DNA from: Marsupella aquatica
Lineage: Eukaryota > Plantae > Marchantiophyta
Direction: 5' to 3'
Assembly: GCA_973895155.1 (NCBI GenBank)
Contig: OZ316897.1
Span: forward strand, 11,989,832 to 12,053,831
DNA length: 64,000 nt
This document shows positions 38,830-52,132 of this stretch, one piece after another. The first letter of the stretch is position 1, and every line of letters begins with the position of its first letter. Both the position numbers and the translations under genes were made by a program. The notes under the pieces were generated by a model that did no database searches, was not told the DNA's origin, and was given only the letters and a program-made list of their open reading frames with translations.

Positions 38830-39008
38830 GAGAGATATGCTTAGTAGACCCCCTTCTGGAAAAAGTTTGCTTAATCAACCCCCTCTATACTTTTCTCCAA
38901 TCTGGACCGTTGATGGACCTTTCAATCTCAGATCTGGACCATTGATAGACCTCAGGGGGTCGATCAAGTAACAAGTTTCATTTTGGGGGTTGATGAAGCA
39001 AATACCTC
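38830..39008. mobile_element. Small MULE-type MITE related to 31950-32648
   Basis: Left end gagagatatgcttagtagacccc matches the larger element's TIR; right end ...gcaaatacctc. 10-bp TSD gggaaaagta / gggaaaaata. Confidence 0.8.
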
Positions 39009-39437
39009 GGGAAAAATACTAATGTGAGTCTGGTCATTCTTGTAAACTGCCCTACGAGGTTTATTCCATGTTAGGCACCCTCCCATTGTCACTCCCCAGA
39101 AACATTGTCGTGGGGATGGTTCACCTGAGGAACTTGACTTTGGAGTGAATTACACCCCACACCTTAGATAGTACAGATAGTCTCCAGCAATCATGGAAGA
39201 TTGAGGGGGTGGGGGTGTTTTCCACGGGATATGGTGCTATACAGTCATATGTGACTAAGTCCATGGCCTATGAAAGAAGGCCCCTTCTTGCATTTTTAGA
39301 CATGGTTTGCACTATGCCACACCAGGCAAATCCTATTCATCTTGCACTTCTTCATAGTTTGCACTATGCTCTTTGGGGTAAATCCTATCAATCTTGGACT
39401 TGTAGATTATAGCATGTTCATCCTGGAACATGCCTCC

Positions 39438-39778
39438 TTTTTTTTTTTGCCTTGAAAACCGAAAGCAGGCCCATCCAACAGAGGATAGATGTCCTGCTTT
39501 GGAGCATGCATATCAATGTAGGGCAGCCACAAGGGGACAATACCCAGGGATCCGACAGGGACCCAGACCAGGAGGGAGAGAGGATTAAACCAGAACCCAA
39601 AGTGGGCAACCAGGGCTGAGGAGATAATCAATACTCCCACCACTACACCCCACCCACACACACACACACATACCCTCCCCACCCCTTATGTGTGGAGGGA
39701 GGATTGAACCTGGGACCTCTCGGTTCTAGGCTCATCCTCTGGCCAACTGACCGGGCAACTGACCAAAGCCAGTTGGTT
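39438..39778 (-). mobile_element. tRNA-derived SINE with poly(A) tail and TSD
   Basis: Minus strand starts with a tRNA-like head (A-box-like tggctttggtcagttg, B-box ggttcaatcc) and ends in A11. Flanked by direct repeat catgcctcc(t)n at 39429 and 39779. Confidence 0.8.
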
Positions 39779-40412
39779 CATGCCTCCTTTTTTTTTGTCT
39801 TGTAGTGACATGTAATTTAATTAATTTATTTTAAGATAAAAGAAGTAGATACATGTAAATTATATGTCAAAAAATTAATATTTGTTAATGAAGAATGAGT
39901 GACATAGTACACATGCAAAGAAAAGCACATTATGATCAAGAACGTACAAAGGTACTAAAGAGTTGTGCACATAAAGTACAAATTTTTCACTTGCTTGTAG
40001 GTAATGATAACCAACTCAATTAAAACCATAAATTTTGAAAAGAACATCAGGAAGGGAACTTAATATGTGAGATGTGCACATTGTTCATCTCATTACTCCT
40101 GGCATGAGAAAAAAGATAATTCACTAACTAAGGAGTGATTTAAAAAGAAAGATTAAACATTTATGAGGGGAGCCAAATACATTCAAAATACTCTAAGTTC
40201 ACTAAAATTAGAAGGGGTCCAAAAGTTAATTCAAAATCAAATTAATACAAATGATTCATCTAGTTAAGGCACATTAAAATCAAAATACTAAACACAAAAT
40301 CTGAATAAGACAAAATCTAAAAGGTGGATTCACCATTATAGCAGCTTCATTATTTTCTTCATCATTAGATAAACACTCTGTTATAGATGCAAGCTCATAA
40401 GACTTTGCATCT

Positions 40413-40740
40413 TTAGACACTTTGCACTATAGAGACTTTACACAGACGCTATACACTCTCTATCCAAAGTTTCTTTGTATCCTTACATACAAGATGGTTT
40501 GTATTGCGGCATATTTAATAGATTAGTGCAAGATAATGCTTAACGTAAACATGTCCTGCAGTTATCAACAAAGGCATCATTTAGACACTTTGCACTATAG
40601 AGAATTTACACAGACGCTATACACTCTCTATCCAAAGTTTCATTGTATCCTTACATACAAGATGGTTTGTATCGTGGCATATTTAATAGATTAGTGCAAG
40701 ATAATGCTTTACGTAAACATGTCCTGCAGTTATCAACAAA
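40413..40740. repeat. Tandem duplication (~167 bp x2)
   Basis: tttagacactttgcactatagaga...tcctgcagttatcaacaaa repeated nearly identically. Confidence 0.9.
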
Positions 40741-42113
40741 TGCATCTCCTATCCCGCTTGTCTTGTGGACAATTGCAAGTATACACATATCCACTGTTTG
40801 CATCTGCATATTTGTGTAATGAGACTTTACAACACTTACAAACAGTGCATTTTACACTCCATATAGATAAAAATGCTGAAGGTGAGTGGGAACAACTACT
40901 CACCTTGCACTTCAGCATGATTTGCACTTATGAATTTTGCACTTAGACAATCATTGATTTGTAAATAATGAACTTTTTGGGGGAAGAATCACTCCCTTGA
41001 TCTTCAAGCGCCACTGTCACTCCTCATGGCCTGGTGAACCCTGTCCAGAACAACCACAATTAGTCAAAAATGTTCTGAAGAAAGGAAAAAAGAGGGGGAA
41101 TAAATAATGTCCCATTTGGCCTCCATCACCTTCAATGATAGTTGGCAATTTAAGCATAGTTTGCACTTAAGTGAGCTGCACTTGAAATGTGCAAACTGTA
41201 CCTCAATTTGACGCCCCCTCTCTTACCTTAATATGATAGGTGTGGTTTTGGGGAATGTTCAATCCACCCTATACTTTCCCTAAACCCCAATTTTATAAAT
41301 CCACCCCAAACTGACTTACACTCTTCCCACAATGTTTTCTCGGAGCCCACTACTCACCTTGCACTGGAGCATGGTTTGCGCTTATGCACGGTGCACTTAT
41401 CCACAGCTGACGGAACCTCAGTTGGACCACCCCTCACCGCGTGTAGGATGTCGGCCCCCGTCAGTGGCCCCAAGCAACGGCCTGGCTCCGTAGAGAACAA
41501 GCGCATGGGATGGGACTCGGCGAACAGTCTGGAACACAAGGGACACCGGTCCCCCTTGTGACCCCCTTCAGGCCTCTGTCCCTGTCCCTCCCCTGTTCTC
41601 AATTCTCTCCCTTCCCCTGTTCTCTGATTCTCTCTCTCTTCTCTTCTCTTCTCTTCGACTCTTCTCTTCTCTTCTCTCCTTTTCTCTCTCATCCTTCTCC
41701 ATCGCTCGCTGACTGGTTTGCCAGAGGAGTGAAAGGCGACTCATTGCTCTGCTGAAGATCCCCGTGTCCAGCCGTGATTACGGGACGACCTCTCTCGCCT
41801 GTCGTCGAGATCGATCATTTGCCTGGTCAGATCTCAGCACTCGCCGCTTCACGAGGAAGTGGAGGGATCGGTTCTCATTGTGAAAACTACGAGACGGGAC
41901 GAGACGAGAGGAGGAGAGAGTGGATCTTGATCCCGGTCGATAGCGAGAAGGAGAGGAGAGGAGAGGAGTCCTTTGCGGGAACAGCGGGTTGGACGGTGTT
42001 GATTTAGGTCTTTGAATCGGTGTTTTGGGTCCGGATCGGAGTATATTGTTGTGCATTGCAGACGCAGATATACACGCGGAGAGGGAGAGGTGTGGTAGAA
42101 AAAGGTGGGCAAG

Positions 42114-42818
42114 ATGAACGACACGGACGTATCGAAGCAGGTGCAGCAGATGGTGCAATTCATTCGGCAAGAGGCCGAGGAGAAGGCCAACGAGATCGCT
42201 GTCGCAGCTGAGGAGGAGTTCAATATCGAGAAATTGCAGTTGGTGGAGGCGGAGAAGAAGAAGATCCGTGCGGAATTCGAGAGGAAGGAAAAGCAGGTGG
42301 AGGTGCGTAAGAAAATCGAGTATTCCACACAGCTGAATGCTTCGCGCCTGAAGGTTCTGCAGGCCCAGGAAGACATCGTCCTCGCTATGAGGGCTGCTGC
42401 GGAGAGAAATCTCTTGCATGTTAGCGGGGACCACCACAGCTACTCCCAACTCCTTAAGAAGCTGATCGTGCAGGGTTTGTATAGGTTGAAGGAGCCAATC
42501 GTGCAATTGCGGTGTAGAGAACGGGATTATAAGACAGTGGAGTCGGTGATCGAAGCTGCAAAGGAGGAGTACGCCAACAAGGCAAAAGTGTCAGTGCCTG
42601 AGGTTTTCGTGGATGATGAAAGGTTCCTCCCGGGCCCGCCTGAGGAGGGCAAACCGGGGCCTTTTTGTGCCGGTGGAGTCGTTTTGGCATCGAGGGATGG
42701 ACGTATAGTTTGCGAGAATACTTTGGATGCCCGGCTGGAGATTTCGTTCAAGCAAAACCTTCCAGAGATCCGAAAGCGTCTCTTCGGCAACGTCATCACC
42801 AATGCTGCTGGTGCGTAA
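42114..42818 (+). CDS. VHA-E: V-type H+-ATPase subunit E, intronless CDS
   Basis: MNDTDVSKQVQQMVQFIRQEAEEKANEI...AEEEFNIEKLQLVEAEKKKIR...CAGGVVLASRDGRIVCENTLDARL. Confidence 0.97.
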   Translation: MNDTDVSKQVQQMVQFIRQEAEEKANEIAVAAEEEFNIEKLQLVEAEKKKIRAEFERKEKQVEVRKKIEYSTQLNASRLKVLQAQEDIVLAMRAAAERNLLHVSGDHHSYSQLLKKLIVQGLYRLKEPIVQLRCRERDYKTVESVIEAAKEEYANKAKVSVPEVFVDDERFLPGPPEEGKPGPFCAGGVVLASRDGRIVCENTLDARLEISFKQNLPEIRKRLFGNVITNAAGA

Positions 42819-45800
42819 GGATGCGTAATGGATATATTCTCTTTTGCAACTGGGGTGGTTGCGATTGAAGGGGATTTGACTTATTGGACTTGCGGATTGA
42901 GTTACGCGGGTGTGGAAGGATTGTTAAAACTGAGCTGCACAGGCCTTGAGCTTAATATCGGGGTGGTCCGGATGACATCTACATGCTGGTTTTAGTTGTT
43001 TACATTTCTATCGTTGCATTTTGTGTTTAGAGTCTTGTAGTTCCAGTTCCTTGAAATAAAGCCTTGCTAATGCATCTCAAAAATAGAAGAACCATTGGCA
43101 GTTGGAATGAGTACAGAACTGGGAATAGCTCCAACGCCTTTGAATTTCGAAGGAATCTGATTCCTTCAACGCTACAATGCACTTCACAACCTGATTCCTG
43201 TTACCTTCTTCTCGCTTGTTGAGTATTGTTTTTGCTGTGTCTCGTATGTCTCTATGGCAGCCAGTGGACTTTAACCTGAATAGAGTAATTTTTTTTATCA
43301 TTCGGTCTGGCTGCTCGTTGAAATGCATTCATTTTTCATTCCCTTGTTTCATGCATGCCAGGACGGTGACAGCAAATGCCATGAAGGTCTGCCGTCGAGT
43401 GTATTTGGACAAAAATAGTAATGGGATGGAAGACAATCCAGGAAGTGACAGCGCTGCATCGTATGGAATGTGATGAGGCGTTTGAGGATCCTGCCCACGT
43501 CTTTCACAAATGCACCTGTTTGATGGTTCTGCTTCGTTTGCTTCATTGTAAATTTTCTTGTCTAAGCGATTGTTTAAAGCTGTGATGGCATTCTTTTGGC
43601 AAGAGGGGATCTCGTCGGTGTCAATCGTTTCATCCTCTGTCAACTAGTTAGAACTAGTCTATTCATATCCTTTTGTCATACGTGAGTCATAGAACCATTT
43701 AGCATTAATCTTGTTTGCTAATGGCAATTGAGGACGGAAGCCTGTTAATCATAAGCATTTACCACGTTACTTTTGCTCCTCGTTTGCGCTCGAGAGTAGT
43801 GGCGCTGTAAGGCTGGCAGTTAACTGGGTTAGGAAAGACAGTCTGGGTCCGTAGAACTTTGATGTATTCGTGGTCACTTCAGACTTGAGCCAATCATCCG
43901 CATGTCAAGGGGTCTCCAAGTATGGGTAAGCAGCCTTTAATATCATATCTGCCATCTTCGCAGGGACCTGGAGAAATTCAGTATTGAAAACCTTTCCAAA
44001 ATTGTAGAACTGGAAATGTCAGCACTCTTTGCACTGTCCCCGACTTTGGTGTTTTTTTTGAAAGAAATTGAGCACTGGTCTGTTGGGCCGTTCATTCTAG
44101 CGGATCTGTCACTAGATTTCTGACATCAATACAAATGAATTTGAATACTTTCGATGAATACTTTTGTTAAGCCCACTCTTCAATCTGAATTAGAGGCTTG
44201 TGAAAAAGTTGGTAGAAAGTAGCATCCTCACTACTAACCCAGTCACACTTGCGAGGTATCTTCTTTCAGCAGCTACAGGTGGATCTCATACTTATTTAAC
44301 AGTGCCAACCCTTTTTGAGCGCCAGAGTCAACCATGTCGTAATTTTAACTCGGACATACCGCTGCCATGTATAAACGATGTGAACTCCAATTCTGTCATG
44401 AGTCATTGGGAAATTTTACAATCATTGGCAGTCCCTGGTTTTCCCTCGGTTGTCCGACATCCCACCATAATCATGGGGAAAAATGCTGTTTCTGTTTCTG
44501 TTTTGGCTTGGTTATGGGCTCGCCTTATGAGGCAGTTTTAGTGCTTCTCTTCCCCCAACAGATCTCTGGAGAAACCTTATCATTTTGTTGGTGTGGGTTC
44601 TGGGAGCGAACTATCTACTCCCAGATAAGGTTCCTCCTGAGCTTTACAACTCGTAATGAGTCTTATCTTTGAATGTACAAGGAATTATTGAAATAGATGA
44701 GGTCAACTATGGGATGTCATCCTCAACTAATAAATTGGCCTGGTCTTGTCAGCCACGTAAGTGATCCCGAAAACATGAAACCGATGTGTGCAATTGAGAA
44801 CAGGTATCCAAGCACAAGTCTAGTTTTGGCATTCTCACGGATAATGTTTTCTCCAGACATTTTTTGTTTAGCATTCTCATTGAATTTCCAAACGGGGAAG
44901 GACTTCGCATAGTACGTAGGGTCCCCTCTCTGTACTAGAGATCTTTTCCAATTTCAGGAGCCGAGCTATGTCAAACCAATACTTGGCAAGTGACTCGTCA
45001 GACTGGCAGCTGGTTCTGTACCAATTGGACTAATGATGGCAAAGCATCGTCTCCATGTTCCAGGATTTGTAGTCCGACCCTGATTCCCGTTGCAGTCTGA
45101 GCTTAATTCTTAGTCCCTTCTATTGTATGGTTTTCGATGTACATATTTGAACAACATTTCCTATTTGTTACTGGTTAGAGCAAACCAACATCAATTACTC
45201 TATACATCCACTATAGTGCCTTACCTAAGTTTATTGTATGTAGCAAGCATGGCGTGCCAAACTGCAAGTCTATTGGTTACTGGATCGTTTCCTAATTCAG
45301 ATAGCGATCTCGAGATCTTGGACCACCCTGGAATGATTCTGGTATCAGCTAAAGTGCTATGCAGTCTCTCACATCCTATTCAAGTGACTTAAAACTCAGT
45401 TAGCTGAAAATTGATTGGCGGACCAGTAATCTATGAATGTAGTATTTAGTAAAACTGATATCCCAGTCTCTGAAATCCTATTCCAGTAACTAAAAAACAC
45501 TAAGCTAAATATTGAGTAGCTCCCGGGTAACCCATTGTGATCACTTTTCCGCCCTATGTTACTAATAACCCAGTGACATTGAAGATACTCTTAGCGATCA
45601 TTGGACATGCATTACATGCCCCCCCACTTGATTACATTGCATTTAACTAGGCGCATGCAAATGTTATCGTTCAACATCTCAGCCTTCAAGAACAGGATGA
45701 AGAGACTTTTTTCCCAGTAAGTACTGTATGACTCACAAAGAATCATTATGAGGCTTGGTCAACAAGATCTCAAAAGCGGTGTCTCAGGCATTTATGCAGT

Positions 45801-46789
45801 CAGAGCTTTGATTCTCTAAACTCCATTGACCTGTAAGAAGCTTTTAAGATTTCACATTTCATATCCAGATAATGTTTGGACGTAGAAGCTTGACTTGGAA
45901 GATGTCTCTTGGATTCCTGATTGACATTGAGGCACCTCAAGCTCGTAATATCTCAGTTTTTGCGAGTGCACTTTCACCATTAGGTACATGTGATTGCTAC
46001 AATCTCACCCTTACGTTGTTGACCAAACAGGCCAATGGGAGGAGCATGAGAGGGCCACAGCTACAATGTGGACAAGTAGCTTGCAAATTGAAGGCAAAGC
46101 TAAATGCAATAAAGCTAGCAACTGCAGTTTGCTCAAAAGCTGACAAAAGCCTGCTTAGACATTTATTTTACAAAGGATGTGTTTGGACTAAATGCAAACC
46201 TCACATTTCATGTAGACTACATTCTAGTAGAGTATATTCAATAGCCCTGAAAATAGCGTCAATTTTTGCATATGGAAAGTAATTGGTCACCCAATCCACA
46301 AGCGGGGTCAACTTTTTCCTCCTCCAACAGTCCACACTCTTAGGAACATGTGGTTTGGAGAGAGAAGGTTAAGACATCTATAAAGAGTCGAAAAAATGTC
46401 CATTTCTGCCCTGTGAGTGGAGGCCGTTCATGGTTACTTGGTGCATCTGGGCTCATTAGGATGTCTCTTAAAAAAATTACATCTGGCCGAATCATGCCAA
46501 CTATGATCTAAATGACCATTAGAGTCAGTATCTCTAATTGAAAAGGTAGAATTGGACAAATTTTAGAAGTTAAATTAAGAAAACTTTTTTTCTTTTGTAT
46601 CAATTAGACAACAAGGTTTTGGTTGATTTCAATTTTCATCTAGGCAAGAAGAGACTGATTCCATTCATCAAAAAGGTGATGCTCACCGTGTGAAGACATC
46701 CATTTGCCTTGAGGTTTTAGTTACAATCTTTTTTTATAACCTGAAGACAGGCATTGGTGGTCTGTGCTCAAGAATTTAGCTATATATCA

Positions 46790-47845
46790 AACTGCCAAAA
46801 AACAAAGAGTACCCAATTGTAAGACAAATCCCTCAGCAAGAAACCCAATCAAGGAAGAAAAAGCAAAGAGCCAAAAACCATAAGAACCAAGACAAAAAGC
46901 CCAAGGCAAGAAAAGCAAAGGAACCAAAAAAACTAAAAACTAAAAACCTACACCCTACCTATCGGAAAACTGAAGTGCTTGGTATAGCTCAGGCGTGAAC
47001 TGCATGGGAGGGTCAACCAAGGGAATCCAACTAGAGGCCCAAAAACCAACCACTTCTCCCCTACGAAGAATAGTGAAGGCTTGTGCCCTCTGCAAGGCAA
47101 TAGACACCCGCTGTCTAAAAAAGGCTGTGATAACAGACACCGGGGCGGTAGGGCCTCCGCTCAACATAATGGACCGCACAAGAATGCAAGATACGGTCAA
47201 ATGTCGGGTGCAATGCACCAAAGATCTCTACTGCAAATGGGTAGAAAAGGTCCCCTGGATAACGCACCGCATAAGCCTCCTCCTTAAGGCAAGCAGCCCG
47301 TGCAGCAGCATGTCGCTGAATATGAGCTGCTAATGCCACATTAGTCCCACTGGTAGGGTCAGCCACGACCACATCCCCAAGCACCCGAACCCCAGCACGA
47401 GAGAAGACCAAATCAGCACGACGTCTGTCAGGAACCCCATCCCTGGGTGGTAACACATGTCGTTGCTCCATCATGACATGATACCCACAGTCACGGGCAA
47501 TGGCCGCCACCACATCCCGAATGTCATCATGAGTCGCCGTCCGCTCACTGCCATGCCCACACCTAAGGATATGAACACCCTCCCTGTCCAAGAGCCCTCC
47601 ACATACGCATGTGGGTTGGCCCAGGAGGCAGGCCTAGGGATGAGGAAGACCAAGTCGGAGGCGTGTGGACGTGGTGAAAATAAAGAACTCATACAAAAGG
47701 GTGCCCACAATGGGCTAGCGGATAGCCAAGCCCCAGAACCAACACTTGAACCGGATAAAAGACGAGCCCAAGCCAAGTCATAAGGTGCTTTGGAGAGCAT
47801 GCTAGAAAGGGTATGTCTGTGCATGCAACCAGAAATCACCTGTTG
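46790..47845 (-). mobile_element. 5'-truncated CRE-clade (RLE-type) non-LTR retrotransposon, frameshifted
   Basis: ARLLSGSSVGSGAWLSA, HILRCGHGSERTATHDDIRD, RRADLV, AAARAACLKEEAY, FYPFAVEIFGALHP and FFRQRVSIALQRAQA form the zinc-knuckle plus restriction-like endonuclease C-terminus, split over three frames. T-rich 3' UTR follows; outer boundaries approximate. Confidence 0.85.
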
Positions 47846-48945
47846 AGCTGATCCGGAGTGTACTGGGTTTTCCTAGATTGTCACCTCTCTAGGTTAAATG
47901 TCATCACTTGTCTTACTAGATTAATTACTACAATGCCACTTAAGTTTGACACCACTTTAACCAGAAGATCCTACTGCCTTGAGATCACTACATTGAAGAA
48001 TCTGACAGTTCCTACCACCCTTAGAGCAGAGTGAGACCCGCCCGCCACGCGCTTGGGGGGGGGGGGGGGGGGGAAGGGGGGTGCAAGGCTTTGTGAGCTT
48101 GAAGGAGGGCTCTTTAGAAATAGGGAAGTGAGGGTGGGGGTTTAGGTCTGCTAGGTTCTGACCGGGTCTGCTAGGTTCTGACCTGAAGGCAATAGAAACC
48201 ATCAGATGGATGGATGTGACAATCTCAGGGCGGTAAGATCTCTTGTGGCTAACCGGGGTTAATTCAAGTAGCCCCTGACAAACAAAAGTGGCCCTTGCAA
48301 TAGAGAATCAAAAAAAGGTAGCACAGTCCTAATATTTAACCCAGTCAAACCCGGTTTAGTGATAAAACCCATTCCCGTTTCTCAAGACCTTCAGTTCCGA
48401 CCTGAAGAGCTTTCGTGGACTTTTACCAAAGGCTACAAACGCTGGAGTTCGTCTGATCGAAGGGAAGGAAACATAGGCATTTTGCACGTTCTCTGGCCCA
48501 AATATTTTGATGCGTGGGAAACTCGTAGAAATACAGAGCTGGACTTGAAAGTATGCAGAAAGCAGAGGACGGGACAGAACGGATGGAGGGCTGAGCACCT
48601 AGAAGTAGTAGATACTCTGTATGGCAGGGGCCATGGAGCATCCATTTGGTGGGAATTCTCTTCGGGACTCCCTTCCTAGGCTTGACATGGCAAGCTATGG
48701 CGTAATGCCGTCTCATGACTGCTGCACTAGCCCTTTCTACTACGCTGCCCCACCTCCTCACCTCCAGGGGACTGCTGTTGAGCTGGAGAGCAGATTGCAA
48801 AATCTGGATCCATTTTTTTGCATATCGGATGTGGGTTCGTGTCGTTGGCTCGAGATTCCTGCTGCTCCTGATGCTGATGATGAAGCGAGCTGAATGAAAT
48901 GAATGGCTCCAACGAGTCCCAGCTGCTGCTACTGCTGCATTGTAA

Positions 48946-50574
<1,629 letters not shown>

Positions 50575-51917
50575 TGCTTTGTTACCAGAAGCCTAGTCGC
50601 ATCTGTTATGTTGAAAGTTTACAAGGTGACCCTAGCGCTGATGAAATTGCAATTTTTCCTCGAATATTAAGTTTGCACATTCCAGTCCTAGAGGTTCAAG
50701 GGAAGTCAACCGTTAAGGCTTGTGAGGCATGCGACAAATTGGTCTCGGCCATGAAAGTCAAATTGGGGCCAACAACCTCAGTGGCGGTGCCTCGCAAAAA
50801 CTCAAGATCAACTATCTTCCATTCACAAGTTATGCAGCACATCACCATCAGCAGACCTGTTGTGCAGCGAAGAGATGACATTACTCAAGGCCATGCCAGT
50901 TTTTCAGAGCTGAGTTGTTTTACTGCAGTGCATTGCAGTTTGATCAAGTTCTTTGCAGATGTGTATTTTTGTAAACTTCTGGGATGAGCTCATCCTCACA
51001 CCAACTACAGAAGACGACGCTGTTGTAGTGGAGAACCCCAACAACCTAGTTGGAATAATTGGTAGACAGCTATCGTAGCGAGCTTTGGGGGAGTCACTTC
51101 AGGGGTAGTGCTGCTTTCTTGTCGTAGCTCCTTTCAAAAATAATATTTAACAGCTTCAGTCTACAGGACTCCTGTTGGTTATCACCCAAATGACAATCCT
51201 TGAGCTGAGCAAGAGCCAAGCCTGGTGATAAGCTCCCTTCTGCAAATGCCAACAGCCTTAGGGATGCGGGTGCTCGTTTGGCCTCAGTTGGGGCCTTGAA
51301 GTTGGCACCTGATGATTAAGCAGTTCATTCTGGATGATCCCCTCAGCAGATCTGTTGCGGATCAGTGCGTTGTACAGAATTGAACTGAATTGGATTTAAT
51401 TTTGAGTCCACTGGAACCCCAATAAATGGGGCACTGCACAGAAGGGACATGTTTATGAAGTCAGTGGGGTAGCAGCATTCATATCGTGGGAACCCTGCTT
51501 TTTCTTCGCTTTATGATTCTGGAGCTGCTTGTACATGATTGCATGCGAGTTGAGTCTTCTGAAGTTGTTTATCGGCTCGGAAGGTCTGGAAAAGGAGTTT
51601 GGAATCTACTTTCGATTTCGGACTCCTCAAACTCGTCCCTATCTGCAAAAGTGCGAAAGCTGTCCATATTGCTCTTCTCCATTTGGTGAAATTAGGGGGC
51701 TCTCAAAGCTGGCCCTGTTGCTCTTCTCCATTTGGTGAGATTAGGGGTCTCAAAGACCTTAACTTGGACTCCAAAATTCATAGTCCATAACTTTTTGTCA
51801 GAAGGAATTGTCTTATACCATTACCATTAGTCACTGTAGAGGCTGGTGAAATCAAAAACAGGTTTACATAACCACTACAATTTCTTTGTAGCATAATGCC
51901 ATCGTCTGTAATTTTGA

Positions 51918-52132
51918 AACTTTGAGATGCACTATTAGTGTCACAAACAGTCGTTGAAGATCATGGTTGGGCGGGTTGGGTGGGTTGGCAACTTTGAGAT
52001 GCACTATTAGTGTCACAAACAGTAGTTGAAGACCATGGTTGGGCGGGTTGGGTGGGTTGGCTACTTGGCTCTCATGTCCAGTTTACATAGGTGGATTGGC
52101 TACTTGACTCTCATGTCCAGATTACATGGGTG
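51918..52132. repeat. Adjacent tandem duplications (72 bp x2 and ~40 bp x2)
   Basis: aactttgagatgcactattagtgtcacaaacagt...gggtgggttggc twice, then ttggctacttg(g/a)ctctcatgtccag twice. Confidence 0.85.

Noticed and set aside
39690-39778. tRNA gene
   Set aside because: Only box A/B-like motifs without a clear cloverleaf; embedded in a poly(A)/TSD-bounded SINE.
41778-42506. 242-aa minus-strand ORF
   Set aside because: Antisense shadow of the VHA-E coding sequence.
48055-48073. Poly-G tract as a functional G-quadruplex (also ~53529-53548)
   Set aside because: Simple homopolymers with uncertain assembled length and no supporting context.
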